NCBI GenBank assembly: GCA_048939015.1
Contig: JBHLPW010000050.1
Coordinates: 1 to 16,792, forward strand
Length of the DNA stretch: 16,792 bases
Source of the DNA: Promethearchaeota archaeon
Lineage (GTDB): Archaea > Asgardarchaeota > Lokiarchaeia > Sigyniarchaeales > SOKP01
Reading direction: 5' to 3'
Below are positions 7,987 through 15,116 of the stretch, piece after piece (position 1 is the first letter of the stretch; each line of letters begins with the position of its first letter). The notes below the pieces were generated by a model, which was given only the letters and a program-made list of their open reading frames with translations, did not search any database and had not been told where the DNA came from. The translations under genes and the position numbers were made by a program.

Positions 7987-8874
7987 TTATTGTTTTTTTA
8001 ATGATTTCCCAACACATAATACACTCGCACATGCAATCCAAGGACTTATTCCATCTAAAATTCGAGATATTACTCTTCCAATGAAGTTAAGTTTAAAATT
8101 AATACTATAGGGCACTTTTAAGAAGGGGAAGTCAACTCCTAATCCAATTGCATGGTTTTTAGAATCATGAAAATCATGGGGTACTGTTTGAATAACTTTA
8201 AAATTAGATTGTTTTAGGAATGAATGTAATTCTTTAATTGAATATCTATACTCTACGAAATGCCGATAAATTCTTTTCTTTTTGGAACCACTTCCTTTAA
8301 AATCATCTTTTTTAAATTTAGTCTTATTGCCGATAATTCTAATTTTACCTATTAAAAAATAGAGTCTATTCAATAACTGAAGAATAGGTTTAATGAATAT
8401 CTTTCTGATAACATTAACTGTAGGTGTTGACAAAAAAATTATACCATTTGGCTTCAAAACTCTATTTGCTTCTTTTAAAGCGAGCAAAGGTCCCTCTTCA
8501 AAATGTTCTACCACACCCATCGAAATATAAGCATCATAATAATTGTCTGGGTATTCTAAATTTAAAATATCACCAAATTCTACCTTTAAAGACTTATTAA
8601 AATTTTTCAATTTACTTATTGCTATTTCATTATTATCTACACCAATAACATCATAGCCTTTCCTTGAAAGGTATATCACCCATTTACCAAAACCACACCC
8701 TCCATCGATAATTCTCCCTTTTTTGGGAATATATGATAAAAACATCTCTCTTGGAGCAGTTTCTATATCACATGCTTCTAATTCATCTTTGATAGTTCGA
8801 GTGGACCACATACCATCCCATAACGTACATTTGGGATTATTATCATAATAATAAATCTTTTGCAGTTTTGACAC
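7987..8874 (-). CDS. Class I SAM-dependent methyltransferase (Methyltransf_11/25-like)
   Basis: IIDGGCGFG motif I, GVD, GDI, YDAYISMGVVEHF and RVLKPNG. GTG start; an in-frame CTG at 8865 is an alternative. Confidence 0.88.
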   Translation of the reverse strand: MSKLQKIYYYDNNPKCTLWDGMWSTRTIKDELEACDIETAPREMFLSYIPKKGRIIDGGCGFGKWVIYLSRKGYDVIGVDNNEIAISKLKNFNKSLKVEFGDILNLEYPDNYYDAYISMGVVEHFEEGPLLALKEANRVLKPNGIIFLSTPTVNVIRKIFIKPILQLLNRLYFLIGKIRIIGNKTKFKKDDFKGSGSKKKRIYRHFVEYRYSIKELHSFLKQSNFKVIQTVPHDFHDSKNHAIGLGVDFPFLKVPYSINFKLNFIGRVISRILDGISPWIACASVLCVGKSLKKQ

Positions 8875-8961
8875 CTGTTTTTTTGTGTTTGTAAATAAAA
8901 AGCTTGTAAAATAACAATAAAATGAGCTATTCGTTAGAATTGCAACTAAAATTGAGGTTTA

Positions 8962-10521
8962 TCAAAAATTAATTTTAAGTTTATTAATTGTTTTATCTAG
9001 TATATTTTTTTCTCTTTCTGAGATTAAATATTGTAAACTATCAACATTTTTTATTTTTTTTCTAAAATTAAATAAATATGATTTCATCTCGTTATAGTTT
9101 TCATCATTTTGGTCAACAATATTAATTTGTTCGAAAGGATCGTTAACCAAATCATAAAATTCTTCAATTTGGTTTTGAAAATTTATATACTTATATCTAC
9201 TACTTCTAAGGAAATATAAATCATAAATTATTTTCGGAATTTGGTCTTTTTTTATATGTTTTCTGTGATTATTAACAATCATATGCATCTCTCTTCTTAC
9301 TTTTAAATGTTCTCCATAAATATAATGTGGCGTAGTATTATTATCAATCTGGTATAAAATTGATTTTTCAGGATTTAAATATTTATTTCTATCATTTGAA
9401 ATTCCAGTTAAATGAAGGATTGTATGAAATAAGTCTATTAATTCAACTTGATTTGATATTATTCTTTTTTTGAAATTAGTGTTATAAATGATTAATGGGA
9501 CTCTTATCAATGGCTCATATGCACTTTGGTCAACTCCATGACCATAAAAACAATATTCTTTTTGATCAGATAAATGTTCTCCATGATCCGATGTAATAAT
9601 AACGTACGTATTTTGTAATAACTTTAATCTACTCAGAATAGAAAATATTTTTCCGATAATCATATCACTATAATAAACACTTGAATCATACAATTTCTTA
9701 AGGATCTTAGTTTGCTTTTCAGATAAATATTTTGATTTTATATTAATATTAAAAAACGTCCTTCTTGCATTAATTAAAAAATTTTTAATATATTTAAAAT
9801 CATGAATATCAAATTCACAGTAATCTAAAGCTTTTTGAATTGGAATATATGGGTAATGTGAAGCCATTATATTGAAAAACAAATATATAGGCTTTTTTTC
9901 AATGTTATTCTTCAAAAAGATATAATATTTTTCCAAAATATCAAGTGTATTCTTTGATTCAAAGAGCCAATTCTTCCAGGAAATGGATTTGATAATCATT
10001 TCAATAAAATACTTAAGTCGGATCTTAATCTTTCTCCATAATCGTGATATTGATTTAATATATAATCCCTTATCTAGTATAAAGTCTATTCTATTTAAAA
10101 TGGAATCAGAAAAAGAAGCTGCTTTATTATTTTCAAGGATTTCGAATGTTTTTCTAGCATTTCTGAAGATATGGTCAAAACCTCTTGTTAATCTAAAAAA
10201 TCTGTTTATCCAAGGATTTTCTGTATAACAAACAGTAGAGTAACCTAAATCTTTGAGTGTTTCTGTTAATATAGGTAATTTATAACTTAAATTATGTAAA
10301 TATTTACTAAAAAGTTTTATTTGGGTGGAGTACAATCCTGTGAACATAGATAAATGAGAAGGTAAAGTCCAAGTGTTATTACTTATGCAATTTTCAAAAT
10401 AGATGGAATTATCTAATATTTTTGATATATTCGGAGTTAAATTCTTATCTTTAAAAGTTGCTGAAATTTTATCAGCTCTTAGTGCATCTAATACAATAAA
10501 AATAATATTTGGTGAATTCAG
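8962..10521 (-). CDS. Sulfatase-like alkaline-phosphatase-superfamily enzyme with a Thr nucleophile; start revised to CTG at 10521 (519 aa)
   Basis: The frame stays open 58 codons upstream of the ATG call and encodes PNIIFIVLDALRAD, TPNI and WTLPSHLSMFTG. Downstream motifs are SHYPY, TSDHGEH, HG, RVPLII and YDLVNDPFEQ. An in-frame TGA lies 4 codons before the CTG. Confidence 0.85.
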   Translation of the reverse strand: MNSPNIIFIVLDALRADKISATFKDKNLTPNISKILDNSIYFENCISNNTWTLPSHLSMFTGLYSTQIKLFSKYLHNLSYKLPILTETLKDLGYSTVCYTENPWINRFFRLTRGFDHIFRNARKTFEILENNKAASFSDSILNRIDFILDKGLYIKSISRLWRKIKIRLKYFIEMIIKSISWKNWLFESKNTLDILEKYYIFLKNNIEKKPIYLFFNIMASHYPYIPIQKALDYCEFDIHDFKYIKNFLINARRTFFNINIKSKYLSEKQTKILKKLYDSSVYYSDMIIGKIFSILSRLKLLQNTYVIITSDHGEHLSDQKEYCFYGHGVDQSAYEPLIRVPLIIYNTNFKKRIISNQVELIDLFHTILHLTGISNDRNKYLNPEKSILYQIDNNTTPHYIYGEHLKVRREMHMIVNNHRKHIKKDQIPKIIYDLYFLRSSRYKYINFQNQIEEFYDLVNDPFEQINIVDQNDENYNEMKSYLFNFRKKIKNVDSLQYLISEREKNILDKTINKLKINF

Positions 10522-10789
10522 AGTAAGATATCATCTAAATGTCTTTTAAATTATACTTGATTTAAACAAGAATAGTTTAAAAAATTTTGTAAGGTTTTAA
10601 AGTTGGAAAAGCAATTTGTATCTATTTTAAGCAAATATTTTTATTATTTTAAAATCTTGAATTTTCTACTTTTAAAGAAGCTACTCCATCGAGATGATTA
10701 TGGATAATTGGGGTAAAATATAATATAAAAGATATGAAATATTTTAGAAAAATAATTCAGTTCCTTGAATTAATATAGGTTTATATCTT

Positions 10790-11770
10790 TTGGAAAAGTT
10801 AGTCTCGATAATAATCTTAAATTATAATGATTATTCATATACAATTGCTTGTATAAAATCATTATTAAATCAAACCTACCATCATTTTGAGATAATTCTT
10901 ATTGATAATGGTTCTAAATTCAACTTGTATTTAGAATTAAAAAATAAGATAAAGCAATTTGAATATAAACTAGTTATTAAATTAGTAAGAAATGAAAGAA
11001 ATTTGTATTTTGGGGGAGGGAGTAATAAAGGGATAAAAATAGCAAAAGGAGATTATATCTGCTTATTAAATAATGATACTATAGTTATGCCAGATTTTAT
11101 TGAAAAAATGGTTAATTTCTTAGAAAAACATCCCGAGGCTGGTATGATTACTCCAAAAATAAAATTTAATAAACACAAAGAATATATTTGGAATGCAGGA
11201 GCTTTTATAAATTATAGAACTACAATTGTAGTAATTAATAGGGGTTATTTGGATTATGATCCTATGAATGAGAAATACAATAATATTACAAAAATAGATT
11301 TTGCTCCCGGTACTGCTGTTTTTCTTAAAAAACAAATTGTTGATGAAATTGGATTAATGGATGAGATATTCTTAATGTATCATGAAGATCCCGACTGGAA
11401 TATTAGAGCTCAACAGAAAGGTTATATAAGTTATTATGTTCCTACTACAATAGTTTATCATGATGTACCTATTAAAAATAATGAAAATAGGCAATTATTT
11501 AACTCATATTTCTTTAAAAGAAATTCCCAAATCATGGTCTGGAAGTATGCTACCTTTCATAACGTAATAATTTTTAATGTTCTTTTTTTTTATAGTATTC
11601 TATGGCAAATTATTACAGCGATTTTCCTCGGAAAAATGAAAGAACTCTTTTTTTCACTCAAAGCAATATGGCAAGGTTTCATTATAGGTATTAAAAGAAG
11701 GACAAATCGATCATGTAAAAAAAATCTAATAAAAAATTACTATTTTGTAAAAAATCTCCAGACGTTTTGA
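10790..11770 (+). CDS. Family 2 glycosyltransferase (WbbL/RfbF rhamnosyltransferase-like), paralogue A
   Basis: SIIILNYN, IDNGS, LLNND, FLMYHEDPDW and VYH motifs, with a C-terminal hydrophobic segment. TTG start. Confidence 0.92.
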   Translation: MEKLVSIIILNYNDYSYTIACIKSLLNQTYHHFEIILIDNGSKFNLYLELKNKIKQFEYKLVIKLVRNERNLYFGGGSNKGIKIAKGDYICLLNNDTIVMPDFIEKMVNFLEKHPEAGMITPKIKFNKHKEYIWNAGAFINYRTTIVVINRGYLDYDPMNEKYNNITKIDFAPGTAVFLKKQIVDEIGLMDEIFLMYHEDPDWNIRAQQKGYISYYVPTTIVYHDVPIKNNENRQLFNSYFFKRNSQIMVWKYATFHNVIIFNVLFFYSILWQIITAIFLGKMKELFFSLKAIWQGFIIGIKRRTNRSCKKNLIKNYYFVKNLQTF

Positions 11771-11812
11771 GTCCAATAATAAGAGATTTAGAAGTCCTTA
11801 CAAAATTTCAAG

Positions 11813-12676
11813 TTAGCTATTGAAAATTATTCCAATCCCATATCCCTCTTGATGGTACTTCTCTATTATTTCATTTGTCTTACAATTTTCACGGATCTCA
11901 TTCCAGAAATTAGGAACACCTCCTACTTTATCATTAGAACCTTGAATGATATCGTGAAAGCATATTAAACCTTCCGGCTTAACTAATGGTTTATACATTT
12001 CGAAATCTTTCTTTACACCTTCATAAGTATGATCTCCATCAATAAAAAGAATATCAATTTTCATATTTTTTAAAATCTTCTTTATTCTTTGGAATGTTGA
12101 GAGTTTATGAGAATCACTTCTGATCAAAATTATTTTTTGTTTTTTCTGGGCAAATGATTTAATAAAAGCTGTATTTTTACCACCAATTTTCCCTTTTAAT
12201 AAGTCTATTGATATTAGAATTGCATCAGAAGAAACAAATCTAGAAAATAGGAATAAGGTTCCTCCCATAGCGGTTCCAATTTCGAGAATTATTTTTGGAT
12301 TGAATGAATCCATTAATTTTAGAAATCTAATAATTTCAGATTTAATTTGATAAGGAGTTAGGTTTATTTCATAGCATGAATGTAATGGGATATCAGGAAG
12401 AGAAAATCGGAAATTATAGCAAAGATCAACAATTTCTTCAACATTTTTAGATTTGGTGCTTAATTTTTGCAATTTTTTTGATGCTAAAATATTGGTAACG
12501 TTTATTATTAAATTCCTTGAGTTATTTCCTGTGAGTAAATCGATGAATTCGATACCAAACCTACTTTTTAATACAATATGATAAAAAAGGATACTTCCAC
12601 TTTTTGTATCAGTAAATGCTTTAAAGAAATTATGTATTATTTTCTTTATTAAGATTTTAATTCTTAAATCACACAT
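11813..12676 (-). CDS. SAM-dependent methyltransferase, Methyltransf_24-like (candidate sugar O-methyltransferase)
   Basis: ILEIGTAMGGT, ISID, SDS, DILFIDGDHTYEGVKKDF, LVKPEGLICFHD and GVPNFW. The exact start is uncertain. Confidence 0.87.
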   Translation of the reverse strand: MCDLRIKILIKKIIHNFFKAFTDTKSGSILFYHIVLKSRFGIEFIDLLTGNNSRNLIINVTNILASKKLQKLSTKSKNVEEIVDLCYNFRFSLPDIPLHSCYEINLTPYQIKSEIIRFLKLMDSFNPKIILEIGTAMGGTLFLFSRFVSSDAILISIDLLKGKIGGKNTAFIKSFAQKKQKIILIRSDSHKLSTFQRIKKILKNMKIDILFIDGDHTYEGVKKDFEMYKPLVKPEGLICFHDIIQGSNDKVGGVPNFWNEIRENCKTNEIIEKYHQEGYGIGIIFNS

Positions 12677-12914
12677 CCTTTAGTTTTAATCATAATGAGA
12701 TAGTACGATTGAAAATTATTTTAATTCATAATGAATTTTTTTAGAAAATAATTCTCTTATTGATTGTCTCTAAAGATTCTAAAATAATTTTAATTTATGA
12801 ATCACAATACTTATTAAGAAATAATTAAGTAATTTAAACCTGTAAGCTTTAAGAAAATTAGATCTTATCACATTTAAAATTAACAAGGCTTCTATTTATA
12901 AAGGGTCATTATTT

Positions 12915-13895
12915 TTGGAAATTTTAGTTTCTGTTATTATATTAAATTACAATAATTATCGACTTACTCTTGATTGCTTAGAATCATTAACAAAACAAAC
13001 TTACAAAGAATTTGAAGTAATCCTACTTGATAACGGTTCAAAAAAAGAATTATTTTTAGAATTGGAAAAAGGAGTTAATCGATTTAAAACAATTTTAAAT
13101 ATCAAATTAATTCAAAATACAAGAAATACGTATTTTGTAGCAGGCAGTAATAAAGCTATTAAAATAGCAAAAGGAGAATATATTTGTCTACTTAATTATG
13201 ATGTAATTGTTAATGCAGATTTTATAGAAAAAATGGTTTTTTTCTTGAAATCTCATCCAGAAGCTGGTATGATTACTCCTAAAATTAGAGTTTATAAAGA
13301 CAAACGTATATTGTGGAATACTGGGGCATATCTTAACTTTAGATCTGCGATCGTCATTGGAAATCGTGGATATTTAGATTATGATCCACAAAATAAAAAA
13401 TATAATGAAATAGAGGCAATCGGATTTGCTCCTGGTACTTCTGTTTTTATAAAGAAAATTGTAATTGAAAATATTGGATTAATGGATGAAATTTTTTTGA
13501 TGTATCATGAAGATCCTGATTGGAATTTACGAGCGCAAAAGAAAGGATATATATCATATTACGTTCCTACAACAACAGTTTATCATAATATCCCTCGTAT
13601 TATATCAGAGGAGAGAGTAATTTTCAATCACTATTTCTTTACAAGAAATTCTCAGATTCTTATATGGAAACATGCTAAATTCTTAGATATTCTAATCTTT
13701 TATTATATTTTCGTTATTTTTAATATTGGGATTATTTTTTTAAATATTATAACGAAAAAATTCAATTCAATTATTATAAGGCTTAATTCAATTAAACAAG
13801 GATTTAGAATCGGTTTAAAAAGAAGGACAAACCGTTCATGTAAAGAGTATATTGTTTCTGATTATAAATATATCAATAAAATTCAAAATTTTTAA
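12915..13895 (+). CDS. Family 2 glycosyltransferase (WbbL/RfbF-like), paralogue B
   Basis: SVIILNYN, LDNGS, LLNYD and FLMYHEDPDW motifs. TTG start. Colinear with 10790..11770. Confidence 0.92.
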   Translation: MEILVSVIILNYNNYRLTLDCLESLTKQTYKEFEVILLDNGSKKELFLELEKGVNRFKTILNIKLIQNTRNTYFVAGSNKAIKIAKGEYICLLNYDVIVNADFIEKMVFFLKSHPEAGMITPKIRVYKDKRILWNTGAYLNFRSAIVIGNRGYLDYDPQNKKYNEIEAIGFAPGTSVFIKKIVIENIGLMDEIFLMYHEDPDWNLRAQKKGYISYYVPTTTVYHNIPRIISEERVIFNHYFFTRNSQILIWKHAKFLDILIFYYIFVIFNIGIIFLNIITKKFNSIIIRLNSIKQGFRIGLKRRTNRSCKEYIVSDYKYINKIQNF

Positions 13896-13903
13896 TAAAT
13901 CAA

Positions 13904-14929
13904 TTAGATGTATTTAAAAATTTTATTTAGAGTATTTAAGAATTTTCTAAAGAATTTAATTCTCTGTAAATTACCAAGTAAAATGGGATCTAAAGTTTTT
14001 GATAACTTCTGATAAGGTAATAGATCTACTACTTTCATAGATTTTTCTCTTACACTTTTTAAATGCTTGATATTAAAGATAAGCTCTAGATAAATTTTAA
14101 GCCTTAACCCAAATTTTCTAATCAAAAATGAATGAAAGATTAAGATTAATTCCACAATTATAATTATTGGAAATAATTTGTGGATATTACTAACGTTTCT
14201 AATAATTAAGATAAACCGATTACGTTCAAGGAAGTAGTATTGAAATTTATTTAGGGTTTGGAATTTTTTTTGATGGATGAGGAAAGGATCATTAGTTGTA
14301 TATATTTTATATCCATTTCTTAACAATCTTAATGATAAATCAGTATCTTCATAATACATGAAGAATTTTTTATAAAAACCTCCCATTTTTAAGAATAAAT
14401 CTTTTTTAATGAATAATGTTCCACCAGACAATCTCTGAGTGAGTTTTATAATCTTATTTTTGGGTAGTTCTTCATCAACTTCAGGGGTATAAGAGAATCC
14501 CAGGAAATGATTTTTTGCCCCAAAATAATGAATTCTTCCTGTTTCAAAAACCAATGCAGGAGATATTACAATTTCGTGATTTAATTTAAAATCTTTATAA
14601 ATTTGATTCAATTTCTCAAAAAAATCAGGAGGGAACAAGACATCTTGATTTGTAATAAATAGAAAATCTCCATTAGATTTCACTGCCCCTGAATTACAAG
14701 CTCCGGCAAACCCTTCATTTTTTGGATTTTTAATTAGTTTAATTTTAATATCTTTTTCAAAAGATTTTATTGTTTTAATCGTTGAATCAGTTGACATATT
14801 ATCAATAATAACAACCTCAATTCTCTTCAAACTATTTAATCTTTTTATAGAATCCAAATTTTTTTTTAAACAAAATGCTCCGTTATAAGTTGGAATTATA
14901 ATTGAAATGGAAGGTGTTGTTATTTGCAT
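13904..14929 (-). CDS. Family 2 glycosyltransferase (WbbL/RfbF-like)
   Basis: SIIIPTYN, IDNMSTD, NEGFAGACN, ITNQD, FFMYYEDTDL and ERNR motifs. Confidence 0.92.
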   Translation of the reverse strand: MQITTPSISIIIPTYNGAFCLKKNLDSIKRLNSLKRIEVVIIDNMSTDSTIKTIKSFEKDIKIKLIKNPKNEGFAGACNSGAVKSNGDFLFITNQDVLFPPDFFEKLNQIYKDFKLNHEIVISPALVFETGRIHYFGAKNHFLGFSYTPEVDEELPKNKIIKLTQRLSGGTLFIKKDLFLKMGGFYKKFFMYYEDTDLSLRLLRNGYKIYTTNDPFLIHQKKFQTLNKFQYYFLERNRFILIIRNVSNIHKLFPIIIIVELILIFHSFLIRKFGLRLKIYLELIFNIKHLKSVREKSMKVVDLLPYQKLSKTLDPILLGNLQRIKFFRKFLNTLNKIFKYI

Positions 14930-15116
14930 AATTTCGAGATTGTTTTAGTTTTCGAAGAATAAGGAATAAATATAATCATTTAATTATCTTATTAATTGTT
15001 TTGCCTAATAATTTTTAATATAGTAATATAATGTAATATTTTTTACAGTTGAGAAAAATATATTTACATAATTTAATTAACAATTAAAAAAAATTGATAT
15101 TATTAAAGTAATTTTA

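Noticed and set aside
9983-10228. 81-aa plus-strand ORF
   Set aside because: Antisense within the sulfatase-like gene.
11120-11335. 71-aa minus-strand ORF
   Set aside because: Antisense within GT2 paralogue A.
10790-13895. GT2 direct repeat as a composite transposon or assembly artefact
   Set aside because: The copies are only about 59% identical at protein level, and no transposase, terminal inverted repeats or target duplications were seen.
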